From: Octopus vulgaris
Lineage: Eukaryota
Assembly: GCA_951406725.2 (NCBI GenBank)
Contig: OX597843.1
Location: 3,410,001-3,474,000, forward strand
DNA length: 64,000 nt
Direction: 5' to 3'
Under the pieces are notes generated by a model that was given only the letters and a program-made list of their open reading frames with translations, was not told the origin of the DNA and searched no databases. How positions within the stretch are numbered: the stretch's first letter is position 1; each line of letters begins with the position of its first letter. Both the position numbers and the translations under genes were made by a program. Shown here piece after piece: positions 1-13,439 of this stretch.

Positions 1-286
1 GTTGTTGTTGATGCTGCTGAAGTTTCCCCACGTTCATACTCACGCTGTCGTTCATGCCCAGGTAAGCAGTGCTTTGGAAATTCGGAATATAATTCTTCTC
101 CCCCCTCGTGTCCGTGCTGTGGATCAGCTGGTGGGTGGAGAACTGCTCAAAATCGGAAAATATCTGTGGACAACAACTGCAAGGATACAATGGACCGTCA
201 CTGGAATGGCTCTTCAGGTGCTGAAGTAACAAATAATTGTATTTGAACGTTTTCTCACAGCTGGTGCACTTCAAACTTTTTCCCAT
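1..286 (-). CDS. C2H2 zinc-finger protein, N-terminal part (runs off window start)
   Basis: ATG at 286 with an in-frame TGA two codons upstream. Translation MGKSLKCTSCEKTFKYNYLLLQHLKSHSSDGPLYPCSCCPQIFSDFEQFSTHQLIH... contains two C-x2-C-x12-H-x3-H fingers followed by a Q-rich stretch. Exon acceptor ctctttgcag at 441-442. Absent from the ORF track because there is no stop in the window. Confidence 0.88.
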   Translation of the reverse strand, partial: MGKSLKCTSCEKTFKYNYLLLQHLKSHSSDGPLYPCSCCPQIFSDFEQFSTHQLIHSTDTRGEKNYIPNFQSTAYLGMNDSVSMNVGKLQQHQQQ

Positions 287-578
287 AGCTCACTTTTATT
301 ATTATTATTATTGTTGCTGTTGTTGTTCTTCTTCTTCTGTCCTTTTCTTTCTTTGTTTCAGATTTCTTCAAACATTACACGGCTGTTTCTTTTTTTCACA
401 GACTCCATACCAAGGAAGAGAGAAAGAAGTTGGTAAAAACCTGCAAAGAGATGAAAACAAAATCAAATCTCGGTTGACAAGGTGGAAATTAAAAGAAAAG
501 GTTAGTAATATATATTCCTTTACTACCCACAAGGGGCTAAACACAGAGGGAACAAACAAGGACAGACAAACGAATTAA

Positions 579-788
579 CCCTTTCGTTACCATATTTCTG
601 TTGAGATGCTCTGTGTTTCCTTCAATTAATTTTAAATATACCAAAGAACTTAGTTATCATTCAGCTAGTGTTAGGAACATAAATTGTGACTAAGGTTTGG
701 TGGAAGATTTTAAATTCAGAACTTATGAAAACAAGACATTTGTACTACAGAGCCAGAGGTGATTTCAACCAGGTTGGTATCAAAAGGG
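579..788. mobile_element. piggyBac-like MITE
   Basis: TTAA|CCCTTTCGTTACC ... GGTATCAAAAGGG|TTAA. Related copies at 822-992, 20661-20863 and partial at 59568-59650. Confidence 0.8.
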
Positions 789-821
789 TTAAGAATTGTT
801 TCTCTATCATATATATCTTAA

Positions 822-992
822 CCCTTTCGTTACCATATTTCTGTTGAGATGTTCTGTGTTTCTTTCAATTAATTTTAAATATAACAAACAATTTAGTAAA
901 ATAACTTAGTTATCATTAAGCTACTGTTAGGAACATAAATTGTGACAAGACATTTGTACTACAGAGTCAGAGCCGGGTTGGTAATGAAAGGG
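822..992. mobile_element. piggyBac-like MITE (internally deleted copy)
   Basis: TTAA|CCCTTTCGTTACC ... GGTAATGAAAGGG|TTAA. Confidence 0.8.
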
Positions 993-2984
993 TTAAGTCG
1001 ATTATATCGACACCAGTACTTAATTTATTGACCCCTGAAAGGCAAAGTTGACTTCGGCGGAATTTGAACTTAGAATGGCAGACAAAATACTGCTACGCAT
1101 TTCGCCCAGCATGCCAACGTCTCTGCCAGGCACAGAAGTGGCTGTGTAGACACGTATGAGGGGTACCTTTGTATCCGGCCAGGGGTTGGTTAACTTGTTT
1201 TAGTTACTACCTCAGTAATAAGATCAGGCTGGAGAAAAAGTACCTGTCACGAGACAGATTCATGAGAAGATGGAAGCTGGGAGTGTTTGGTACCAGGTTA
1301 GTGGAAGCCAAAAACAGGAAAGAAAAAGCAAGGGGTCTACCCTGGTGGTCGGATGCCTATCCTTCAGAGAAGCCATTACAAATTTCAGCGTACAAGGGTC
1401 AGTCGGAATTTAGGGACGGTCAGAATTTAAGCAGAGGGGGGAGAAGCGAGTAATTTCATTTGTAATGAGCAACGCTTAAGTCAAAAGCTATAAACATATT
1501 TATTAAATTATTGTAAATATTTAATCACTACTTCACCCCTTTTATGTTTGTCCCCTCTTTATAATGCCTTCATAGCAAATATTTATGGTATTTATGTAAT
1601 AAAGTAGCTTGCTTACAAACAATATGGTTCAGTCCCCAATCCGTAGCACCTTAAGCAAGTGTCTTCTACTATAGCCTCGGGCCGACCAAAGCCTTGTCAG
1701 ACGGAAACTTATAATGTATATATATGTGTGTGTTTGTCCCCCAACATCGCTTGACAAACGATAGAATAAGTACTAGGCTTACAAAGAATAAGTCCTGGGG
1801 TCGATTTGTTCGACTAAAGGCGGTGCTCCAGCATGACCACAGTGAAATGACTGAAACAAGTAAAAGAGTAATTAAGTACTTAGGTTCTCATTCACTTATT
1901 TTGCTACTAGTAGGAAGGCACAAGCATTGACAGCCTTTCACAAACTAAAGAAGGTCTGGAACTCCAAATTGCTTGGGCAAATCAAAATCCAGCTGTTCAT
2001 TGCAATTGTTGAATCTATTTATATGGCAATGAAACAAGGAAGATATCAGGTGGTCGTGGGATGTGCTAGAAAACAACTACTAAATCTCTCTTAAATTACA
2101 TGCTTTTTTTTCTACATAATCGTACGAATTCCTGTCTGTAGAACACAAATTGGCAAAACTTTTCTGAAAATCCCCCAAAAATATAAAAGTTATGACTGGA
2201 TATATGGAGTGTTTAAACCAGAATTCTGCCAACATTTGTGTAGGTATGCCAGTGTAGTCCTGTGACTTTTATTTCTTTATTATCTAAAACGACGAGAAGG
2301 TCATAACTGGATTGCCTGAGCATAAGTTCGGGTTTACAACGAGCTGAATCCAGAGATTGCAAGGGGGAACAACTGTGTATTCACCAAAAGTTAGCAAGGG
2401 AGACAACTTGATATATATAAGGTGTTTAGCCCTAGGCCTTAATTTAGATCACTTTGAAAGAGAATTTATTTTACGAACAGGTATCAAAAGGATTAAGACA
2501 AGCATCATGGAAAGATCTGGATGCTAAAATCATACGATTAGGGTGTTCTTGTCAAAATACAGCCTCTCTTTTAGTTTCCCTCTACCAAATCCATTCGCAT
2601 GGCTTTGGCCGGCCCGCGAAATTTCTAACACTGGGGATTGAACCATGTGGTTGGGTAGCAAGCTTCTTACCAAAAAGCCACACCATTGCAGCAATCTTAT
2701 TTTACTTGTTTCAAATCACAGGGCTGCGGCCATGCCGGAGCATCACCATGATGGGTATCTATTTATTATATTAGTCTCTTTTGCTAAACTGCTCATTCCA
2801 GACAAAGGGCTTCTTTCAGTTTCCGTCTACCAAATCCACTCACAAGGCATTGGTCGGTCCGAGGCTATAGTAGAAGAGACTTGCCCAAGGTGCCACGCAG
2901 TGGGAATGAACCCGGAACCATGTGGTTGGTAAGCAAGCTACTTACCACACAGCCACTCTCATAACTTCAGAAAATTTTTGCCAT

Positions 2985-3200
2985 TTCACACCTTCGTTTT
3001 GGAAGTCACTTGACCCTACTATCCCTCTGACACCATCATGGACCGTTAGCTCCTACACGCATTTTTCTTTTCTGTGTATCTTCCTGTTGAAGAGCGTAGG
3101 CTCGAAAAGTAAAAGACTTTCTATAACTGAGCGCCATACTAATACATTTGTTTGTTTGTACTCCACCTGCCTTTTGTTTATTTTCGTAAACTTTCCCGTT
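2985..3200 (+). mobile_element. Penelope-like element 3' end fragment
   Basis: Homologous to the 3' end of the Penelope element at 8530-8740. Carries a degenerate hammerhead-like motif CTGTTGAAGAGCGTAGGCTCGAAA at 3084-3107. Confidence 0.7.
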
Positions 3201-5149
3201 ATATATACACACATATATATACATACTTACCACACAGCCACTCCTCTCATAACTTTTTATACTTCAGAAAACTTTTGCCAATTTATGTTCTACACACGGA
3301 AATTCATATGATTAAGGGCTATTTAGCTGTTATTTTTGACACATCTCACGACCACCTGATACCTTCCTCGTTTCTTTGCCATGTATTAATGTCTTTTCGA
3401 TATTTTCTCCCCATAAACACATCTAATGGAATGATAATGCACCACAGGGTGGTCCAGTGCTGGAACTTACACAAAAAAAAAAAATTCGGACTGATTTTTT
3501 CTTAATTCAAAAACTAGTGAAAACTTTAGGATTTATGGAGGTGAAGGTAAAAAAATTGTTTTAATGCATAATCGTATGTAGAACACAAATTCGCAAAAAC
3601 TCTAAGAAAAAATATATATATATTATGAGGTGTTATTTAAACCAGAATTCTGCTTTTCCCTTTTATCTAATTTCAGGTAACCACCAAGAGAAAAACCCCA
3701 AACCAAATCAAATGTAAGCAGTCTGAAGCGAGAACTTCAACATTCAATGAATTTCAGAGAAAGCCATGCCGTCCTATCAGTGACTTTCCCCCATCAAAAC
3801 CTTTTGTCTTCTGTGCTCAGACGTTCGCCATATTACCTCGTCTCGGCAGACGACGACAGCGTGTTCACATTCGTAGCCGATACTTCTTTGAACGCTCACA
3901 TAACACACCCTCCTCATTCCAGTCCGCTCAATCCTCCAACTATCAATCTATTCTTCCCACTCCTCTTTCTGGTCTGCTTAACTTCGTACCCCCCTCCCAC
4001 TTTTCTAGCTACGTAGTCCTTCTACTATCACCCCCGTACCCCTCTATCTGTCCCATCCTCCCTCCTTTTTCTTTAATTCCTCTTTTTTGACAACAGCGTC
4101 CCATAATTCAAGCGCGCGTTCACATTCGTAGCCGATACTTCTTTCATCCTACACCCACAAACAATGGAACGCTCACATAACCACCTCCCCTTCTCATTCC
4201 AGTTGGCTCAATCCTCCAACTATCACTCCGTACCTCACCCCCTCTCTATCAATCTATTCTTCCTGCTCTGCTTAACTTCGTACTCCTCCCCCCTTTTTCT
4301 ATTTACCTTCGTAGAGTACAAACTTACTATTGTTATTATACTTTGAGACAGTCATTTTCTTTTACCTGTCCCCCAAACAAAAAGACCTACATGTAGTCAG
4401 TTAAGATCAGCCCTAATAGATTGGTGGTATTCATCTTCTCTTGCTGTTCATTAAAAATCAACATTTAAGAACATAATTTTGATTTGTTTGACTTTCAATA
4501 CTTATTTCTAAGTATTGCAAACTATTTCATAGTGTACAAAGCAATATTTTTCTCTTCAGATACTTTGAAAGTTAAAAACCCATAAGTATATCTGGAATAT
4601 TTAATAATACTTTCTTCCTTGTAATTTCATATAATAATTTGTACTGAATATTATATATTGGTATACTCTTTTCAGTCATTTGACTGCGGCACCACCTTTA
4701 ATCGAGCAAATCGACCCCGAGACTTATTCTTTTGTAAGCCCAGTACTTATTCCATTGGTCTATTTTGCCGAACTGCTAAGTAACGGGGACAAACACATAT
4801 ACGACGGGCTTCTTTCAGTTTCCTTCTACCAAATCCACTGAGAAGTCTTTGGTCGGCCCGAGGCTATAGTAGAAGACACTTGTGGACTGAACCATGTGGT
4901 TGGTAAACAAGCTACTTACCACACAGCCACTCCTGCGCCTATCTGGAATATTTAATAATAATTTCTTCCTTGTAATTTCATATAATTTGCACTGAACATT
5001 ATATATTGGTATCTTTTTAGTTCCTATAAAACACACCCAAGAATAATTGACTTACATAATGGTTCGGGGGTCTCTGAATTGGAATCTCATTGCTCCACTT
5101 CTTCCTTCATTTATACTATGAATAAATTGTCCTTTAGAGGCTTATAAAC

Positions 5150-8100
5150 AACTATGTTTCAATTAAAATGGATTTTTGTTAGGTTAGTATATGGCAGAAT
5201 CAGTAGAGTGCCAGATATAATGCTTTGCTGTACTTAGTAATATCTGTCCACATTCTGAATTAAATTCCATTGATGTCTACTCTGTCTTTCATCCTCTAGG
5301 GTAGATAAAGCAAGTACTAGTTAATGTTGATTATGCCCTCCCCGAAATATTTTTCTTACCAGCCATATATTATTGTACTTCCAGACAAAGAACAATAAAA
5401 AAGATCTAAAGTTAGGAACGAAATTGTATGTACATGAATGCATTTATATACAAACACACTCAATCTCTTTGGCAAAAGTAAAGAACAACGCATCACCATA
5501 CATACAACCTCCTATTCTTAGATCTTTCCCCTTCCAACCATTTCTGAACTCTTTACAATCTTCTCCAGCCAACCAATTTTGATGTCACTGTTTATAATGG
5601 AATATTTTAAAGAAACACTCATTATCACTATGGACTCCATGTGGGCAGTCATCTAAAAGTTTTTGTTCGTCATGATGCTGACATAGGTTCCTTGTCTTTC
5701 CTGATGAGAAGGCAGCATAATGCACCCTTTATTCTTTCAGAATATGTAGTCTTCGAAACATATGTTGAGAATAAAATAATTTTGTTAAACTGTCGTCCGA
5801 CTCCATTCATCTATGTGTGTATATTATATTAAATTAGAGATAAAACCACTATTAGGTAAATCAAACAATGAAAAACATAAGCCAATATATATAATTAACT
5901 TATATTATTTTGAATATATATCAAAAGTATTAAATTTAATAAGATAAAGAGTAAAACAGTACGATCGTTTCATGGCTGTACAATTCGAATAACAATAATC
6001 TAAATTCAAGTTATGGTTAATTGAAATATCTAAAAAAATAATCAGAAATATTGAAACTATTTTTAAGATATAAATAATTCTACTTATATCAAACTAGAAA
6101 CATAAAACTTAACAATTATACCAAAATCGACTATAATGTTATATATCAATTTATAAGGTAGGAAATCTACCAATAGTCAAATATCGGTATTAATCTATAT
6201 CTAATTACATAAATATTTTAAAATGACTATTATATATAAATTATCAATGAAAATATTATAATTAAGATCTAAAATAATCTCTATAAGTAAATATATATGC
6301 ACATATAGTAAAAACCTAATAAATTAATTTTTCATATTTAAATCGGCCATAAGTATTCTGCCTGTTTTATGTTCAAACTAGCCATATCTGGTCTCTCACA
6401 CCAACCCTACAATATCTTTAAAAAAAAAATTAACAGCTACCTCATAGTTGCATGATCAATTCAAAAGAATGTGGATGAAGAAGCATCAATTTTGGTAGAA
6501 TAATGCGAACACTAAAGGGTTAAAGATGAAATAGCTAATTTCAAAATACAAATAAACGGACTTTCGGAAATCCCATGTAAAATAATCAATTCGTAGTAAT
6601 ATAGTATTGAATAAATACAATTATCAATGGGAATAACTAAGTTATGCTATTAAATTAGACATGGCCTGGACCAATCTTTAGTCGAAACATATCTAATTTA
6701 ATTATAAGAAATTTAAAACTACAATTAATACAAGTATATGCAAAAGCCTGTGTTTAAGCCGGCCCAAATATCCTACAAGTTTTACATTCAAACTGGCCAT
6801 ATCTAGCCCCTCACACCTAACCTACATTGACATTCTAAGAATAAACTATTACACCATCGAAACTTCAAAGCTGTAAGATAATGTATGATTAATTGAAAAT
6901 AATTTGAGTGAAAAAAGTATTACATTTAACTGATTAATCTGAACACTAAAGGGTTAAACACCTCGTAAACTTGCTATCAAACAACAAATCTATCGCTAAT
7001 TAGATCATTACATAAACAAAATAATATTACACTACTATGTTTCAATTAAAATGGATTTTTGTTAGTATATGGCAGAATCAGTAGAGTGCCAGATATAATG
7101 CTTTGTTGTACTTAGTAATATCTGTCCACATTCTGAATTAAATTCCATTGATGTCTACTCTGTCTTTCATCCTCTAGGGTAGATAAAGTAAGTACTAGTT
7201 AATGCCCTCCCCGAAATATTTTTCTTACCAGCCATATATTATTGTACTTCCAGACAAAGAACAATAAAGAAGATCTAAAGTGAAGAACGAAATTGTATGT
7301 ACATATATTATAAACAACCACACACACTCAATCTCTTTGGCAAAAGCAAACAACAACGCATCACCATACATACGACTTGTACTCTGTCACCCCCCATTCT
7401 TAGATCTTTCCCCTTCCAACCATTTCTGAACTCTTTAGAATCTTCTCCAGCCAACCAATTTTGATGTCACTGCTTATAAGGGAATATTTTGAAGAAACAC
7501 TCATTATCACTATGGACAGCCATCTAAAAGTTTTTGTTCATGACATAAGTTCCTTGTCTTTCCTGATGAGAAGGGGGCATAATGCACCCTTTGAAACATA
7601 TGTCGAGAATAAAGGAATTTTGTTAAATCGTCGTTTGACTCCATTCTTTCATTTATATATATATGTGTGTATATTATATTAAATTAGAGATAAAACCACT
7701 ATTAGGCAAATCAAACGATGAAAAACATAAGCTAATATATATATAATTAATTTACATATGTATCAATTTAATTGAAATATCTAAATAATAATCAGAAATA
7801 TTTTTAAGATATAAATAATATTACTTATAATAAACTCTACTATCAAACATAAAGCTTAACAGTTATATCAAAATCGACTATAATGTTATATATTAATTTT
7901 AATTTATAAGGTAGGAAACCCACCAATAGTCTAATATCGGTATTAGTCTATATCTAATTACATAAATATTTAAAAATTACTATTATATATAAATATTATG
8001 ATTAAGATCTAAAATAATCTCTATAAATAAATATATATGCTCATATAATAAAAACCTAATAAATTAATTTCTCATATTTAAAGATGAAATAGCTAATTTC

Positions 8101-8430
8101 TAAATACAAATAAGAGAACTTTCGGAAATCTTATGTAAAATACTTATAGAAATAATCAATTCGTAGTAATATAGTATCGAATATCAAGTTAAAAAAAACA
8201 ATAACTAAGTTATGCTATTAAATTAGACATGGCCTGGACCAATCTTTAGTCGAAACACATCTAAGTTTATCTAATTTAATTATAAGAAATCTAAAACATG
8301 TATATACAAAAGCCTAACATTAAACACCTCGTAAACAACAAATCTATCGCTAAGTCGTATCTTACAAATAAACTTAAAATCTAATAATATAGAAAATTAC
8401 GATAATTAGATCATTACATAAACAATAATA
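5150..8430. repeat. Tandem duplication, ~1.9 kb and ~1.4 kb copies
   Basis: ACTATGTTTCAATTAAAATGG starts at 5151 and 7034 and the copies are colinear. Copy 1 carries extra insertions. Confidence 0.9.
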
Positions 8431-8529
8431 TTTACAAAAGGAAAATATTATTACACAATATTAAAATTTGAAGATCTAAATAATATATATATGCATACGT
8501 ATATATATATGTGTGTGTACATATATATA

Positions 8530-9680
8530 ATGGGAAAGTTTACGAAATTAAACAAAAGACGAAGGCAGGTGGAATACAAACACACAAATGTATAGAAAGT
8601 TATTTACGTTTTGAGCCTGCGCTCTTCGACAGAAAAGAAACAAGAAGTAAAAAAAAAAAATGTGTGTAGGAGCTAACGGTCCATGATGGCGTCAGAGGGA
8701 TAGTAGGGCCAAGTGACTTCCAGAACGAAGGTGCGTTTGTGAAATGACATGTGGGTTCGGGTAGGAGCCAGTGGAGAGTTGAGCCCAAATGGCCTCTGTG
8801 CAAACACAGACAGGTGTTGCAAGGAGTGACCGGTGGAGCAGATGCCTCGGAGGTGTTCCGCGAACCTGTCAGCCAAGCGGCGTCCCGTTTGTCCAATGTA
8901 CAGGGAATGGCAGAGAGAGCAGGAGATGATGCGTTCCAGTGAGGAGAGGTAAGGGCAAGTGCAGCAATGAGCCAGGGAAGAAGCTGTGGACCAAGGGGGT
9001 TGGTTAGTGGACGGGTCGGACTGGAGATGCCGGAAAGTTCAAAGAATGGTGCATTGGAGAGGGAGCAGATGCACAGTCTATGGAACATGCTGTGGTGAGG
9101 GGTATCCACGTAGGATGAAGTGGCGAGCCATGAGTTGATACTCAAAGTCATGGTAGTCACTACAGAGCAATAGGGGATGGAAAGCTTGGTGTGTTTCGGA
9201 TGGGAGGAAGAGAAGTTTAGGTATGAGTCTGGAGTGATGAATGCTGACAGAAATGTCGAGGAAGGAATCTAGATGCTCACGGGAGAGTGAGGTGGCACCG
9301 ATAATGTCGTCAATGTAACGACCGTATAGTTCGGGAGTGGGACCAGTGAAACTAGAGAATATTTGGGTTTCAACATAGCCAACGAACAGGTTCGCATAGT
9401 TGGGGCCCATGGCCACTGCTGGTAGAACTCGCCCGCAAACGAGAAGCAGTTAAGAGAAAGGACAAGTTCGGCCAGACGAATGAGTGTGGAGCAGGTCAAG
9501 AAAGTGTTGAAGTGCCCGCAGTCCTTCGAAAGGAGCCAGGACGAAAGAGTTGAAAAGCCGGAGAGCATGGTTGGTGTTGTGGAAGAGACGCCACTAGGGA
9601 GGCAAGGACACGGTATTTAAAGATGAGCTCCGTGGGGCAGTTACAGGTGGAGACGATGGGGCAGCCAGGGCTGTTGTACA
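8530..9680 (-). mobile_element. Penelope-like retroelement, degenerate RT plus GIY-YIG endonuclease
   Basis: Frameshifted motifs AMGPNYANLFVG and RYIDDIIG (PLE RT), and LYIGQTGRRLADRFAEHLR (GIY-YIG). Hammerhead-like remnant near 8605-8635. Confidence 0.88.
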
Positions 9681-10030
9681 TGTATATAAATTAAATTATT
9701 AGGCAAATCAAACAGTGAAAAACAAAAATAATATAATATTTAAAATTATTAATTTATAACTATCAAAAATTATTAATACAATAAGTAAAACCACTATGTA
9801 CGTATGTATATATATGGCTTTGATCGACCCAGAAACAGACATTTATCCAAGGTGCCACACATTGAGACTGAACCCAGAACCATGTGGTTGGGAAACAAGC
9901 TTCTTACCAAATGGCCACATTCATATATATATATACAAACCACTGCAACATGTCTTTTAGTTAGTTACTCTCCCACACAGCACTAACAGTGAAGAAGAAT
10001 GGGGGACCCTGTCAGAAACTGAATGAAAAG

Positions 10031-10348
10031 GGGATCTTTTCGGTTTGACTGGCAGCTCTTTAAAATAATTTCTAGGTAACTAAACACTTTTAAACTTCGT
10101 ATACTGGTAGAATGTGTTTATAAAACATCTTTTTTCTCTTGGCTTTATTGAGAAAATTCTAGAGTTTGTAAGATATTTGTCATTTAATTTCTTGCATTTT
10201 GGCAATAGATGACATTGATTGGTTGAAATTGCAGAAAAAAAACCAACAAATATCTTACAAACTATAGAATTTTCTCAATAAAGCCAAGAGAAAAAGATGT
10301 TTTATAAACACATTCTACCAGTATACGAAGTTTAAAAGTGTTCAGTTA
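10031..10348. mobile_element. Merlin-like MITE derivative with internal foldback
   Basis: Left TIR GGATCTTTTCGGTTTGA.. and a ~103-bp inverted repeat 10077-10180 / 10247-10348. Confidence 0.75.
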
Positions 10349-10929
10349 CTCTCTGTACTCTTTTACTTATTTCAGTCATTTGACTGCAGCACCACCTTTG
10401 AACGAGCAACTCGAACCCGGGACCTATTCTTTGTAAGCCCATTACTTATTCTATCGGTCTATTTTGCTGAACCGCTAAGTAACAGGGACATAACACAGCA
10501 TCGGTTGTCAAGCAATGCTAGGGGGACAGACACTCACATACATATATACGACGGGCTTCTTTCAGTTTCCATTTACCAAATCTACTCACAAGCCTTTGGT
10601 CGGCCCGAGGCTATAGTAGAAGACACTTGCCCAAGATGCCACGCAGTGGGACTGAACCCAGAACCATGTGGTTGGTAAACAAGCTACTTACCACACAGCC
10701 ACTCCTGCGCCTTAAAAGAGAGAACAATCTAAATTGCACAACAGTAGGATGGTTAATTGGTGCTGACCTGGAGCTAGGAAAAGGCACCAACACAGTCGTT
10801 TGAAAAGCTAGAAATAACAGTCAAATAGCACCCTACTATATTGGCTTAAAATTTTGACACCAGGCCAGCAATGTAAGTGAAGTACGTTGATTCAAGTGTT
10901 TAATTAATTAGTAAAGATAATTTTTGTAT

Positions 10930-11990
10930 GTGGCAGATGCCTGGGAGCAATAAATAACACTTAAAATATGTAGAGAACAACTTCTGCCACATTCCAGGGA
11001 GAAAAACTAGTAGTTGATAGCTTCCATTACGTAGGTGACCAAGTCAGTAACAGGAGTGGGTGCACTGAAAGTGTAACTGCTAGAATAAGAATAGCCCGGG
11101 CAAAGTTCAGAGAGCTCTTACCTCTGCTGCTGATAAAGGGCCTCTCGCTCAGAGTAGAGGGTAGACTGTATGATGCATGTGTACGAACAGCCATGCTACA
11201 TGGGCCGTGACTGCTGAGGATATGCGTAAGCTCGCAAGAAATGAAGTCAGTATGATCTGATGGATGTGTAATGTCAGAGTTCATAGTCGACAGAGTGTAA
11301 GTACCTTGAGAGAAAAGTTGGACCTAAGAAACATCAGATGTGGTGTGCAAGAGAGACGACTGCGCTCGTATGGTCATGTGGCAAGAATGGATGAGGATAG
11401 CAGTGTGAAAAAGTGTCACAGCCTAGCGGTTGAGGGAACCTGTGGAAGAGGTAGACACAGGAAGACCTGTGGTGAAGCACGACCTTAGAACACTGGGCCT
11501 CGCTGAGGCAATGACTAGTGACCAAAACCTTTGGAAATATGCAGTGCGTGAGAAGACCCCGCAAGCCAAGTGAAACCATAACCAGTGGCCTATGCTAGGG
11601 GTATAACCAGCCCACTTATGCGGACATTAAACTCAGCTTGCAAAGACTTGTTGAGGCAAGTGAAATCAAATTTGCCAATTTGATGACTAGCACCCGTGCC
11701 AGTGGAGCACTAAGACCACCATATGAGTGTGATCGCTGCCAGAGCAGCTGACCGGCTTCCATGCCATGGCATGTAAAAAGCACCGGTGGCACATGAAAAA
11801 GATTCAAGCGAGGTGGCACGTAAAAGCACCCACTACACTCTCGGAGTGGTTGGCGTTAGGAAGGGCATCCAGCTGTAGAAACACTGCCAGAACAGACAGG
11901 GCCTGCTGCAGCCTCCTGGCTTCCCAGAACCCGGTCGAGCCGTCCAACCCATGCCAACATGGAAAGCGGACGTTAAATGAGGATGATACA
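10930..11990 (+). mobile_element. RTE-clade LINE, 5'-truncated (RT C-terminus plus 3' UTR)
   Basis: Disrupted ORF ...ERRLRSYGHVARMDEDSSVKKCHSLAVEGTCGRGRHRKT is typical of the RTE C-terminus. The 3' UTR ends ...GGACGTTAAATGA(GAT)n. The tail recurs at ~16062, 19420, 22270, 44430, 51960, 54885, 56870, 57375 and 59650. Confidence 0.85.
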
Positions 11991-13439
11991 CACGACAGGT
12001 TTCTTTCAGTTTCCACCTACATAGGACATAGTAGAAAACAGTTTCTCAAGGTACCACACAACAGGACTGAACCCAGAAGCAAGCTTCTTACCACACAGCC
12101 ACTCCTGTGCCTATACACACACTCACATATATAAATATTGTGTGTGTGTGCCTTTATCCCCCACCTATTTCTTTACTACACACAAGGGGCTAAGCACAGA
12201 GGGAACAAACAAGGACAGATAAACGGATTAAGTCGATTACATCGACGCCAGTGCTTAACTGGTACTTAATTTATCGACCCCGAAAGGCAAAGTCAACCTC
12301 GGCAGAATTTGAACCACATTTAGCTATTTACTCGTTTCAGTCATTTTGACTGCGGCCATGCTGGAGCACCGCCTTTAGTCGGGGGCAAATCGACCCAAGG
12401 ACTTATTCTTTGTAAGCCCAGTACTTATTCTATCGGGGTCTTTTGCCGAACCGCTAAGTGACGGGGACGTAAACACACCAGCATCGGTTGTCAAGCAATG
12501 CTAGGGGGACAAACACATACACGACAGGCTTCTTTCAGTTTCCGTCTACCAAATCCACTCAGAAGGCTTTGGTCGGCCCGGGGCTATAGCAGATGACACT
12601 TGCCTAAGATGCCACGCAGAGGGACTGAACCCGGAACCATGTGGTTGGTAAGCAAGCTACTTGCCACTCCTACGCCTATATGTTCATTTTACACACACAC
12701 AAACGTTGTGTGTCTTTGTTCCCCTGCGTATATTTCTACACACATGTATGTAATAAATAGTTTGAATGACAAACAAAGTAAATGTAAGATTTAACTTCAA
12801 TTAAATATATATACAAACTCTTACATTATATATTGGATGTTTATATTCTTCATTTGTAAACACAAACGTCCGTCAATCTACAGACATAATGAATATAAGA
12901 TCCCTCTACATATCAATTGACCCTTCTTCTCGTTTCTCTAGTCCAACTTGCTAGAAATAGCAACCAGATCCCCTTCAAATGACATTTTGCTAGGTTGGAT
13001 ATTTAATTGACGCATAAGAAATAGCGGTCTATCAAACGTACCCCTTATAGAAAGGGGTGGTCTTGGCTGGAATAGATTTGATCATGGGGGCGTCAGATCG
13101 CGGATGACCCAGGGGATTACAATGTGTGTTTGTAGTCCAACGTATAAGACAAAACAATACATACACAATCACATACCGATCTGTCCATCCACCCATTTAT
13201 CTATACATAGAGGAAGAGAGACAAACGGAAAGAAAGATATATAGACAGACATACAGAGAGATAGACAGACAGATAGAGCATGTAGCTTTGCACATGTTTT
13301 GACATCTACATATCCGTATGTTGCCCACTACAAGACATACATTGTCTCGCTACGAAGATGAATTCATTTAGCCTGCCGATCTAGCTATTCACAGCTACCA
13401 CAAATATATATACACACAACACAGATTTAGCTATCAACT

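Larger units (their letters stand above)
515..1130 (-). mobile_element. SINE family B copy interrupted by two piggyBac-like MITEs
   Basis: Matches the family B copies at 61075-61318 and 17855-18525. Split at its GATTAAGTCG site by 579-992. Confidence 0.75.

Noticed and set aside
2-229. Plus-strand 75-aa ORF
   Set aside because: Antisense shadow of the minus-strand zinc-finger coding sequence.
1146-1602. Possible solo LTR inserted in a SINE head
   Set aside because: It begins TG, but I found no terminal CA or TSD, so it is left unclassified.
3677-5140. Isolated exon-like signals (plus 3677-3713; minus 5056-5140)
   Set aside because: Splice motifs only, with no coding similarity. Such motifs are expected by chance in a long intron.
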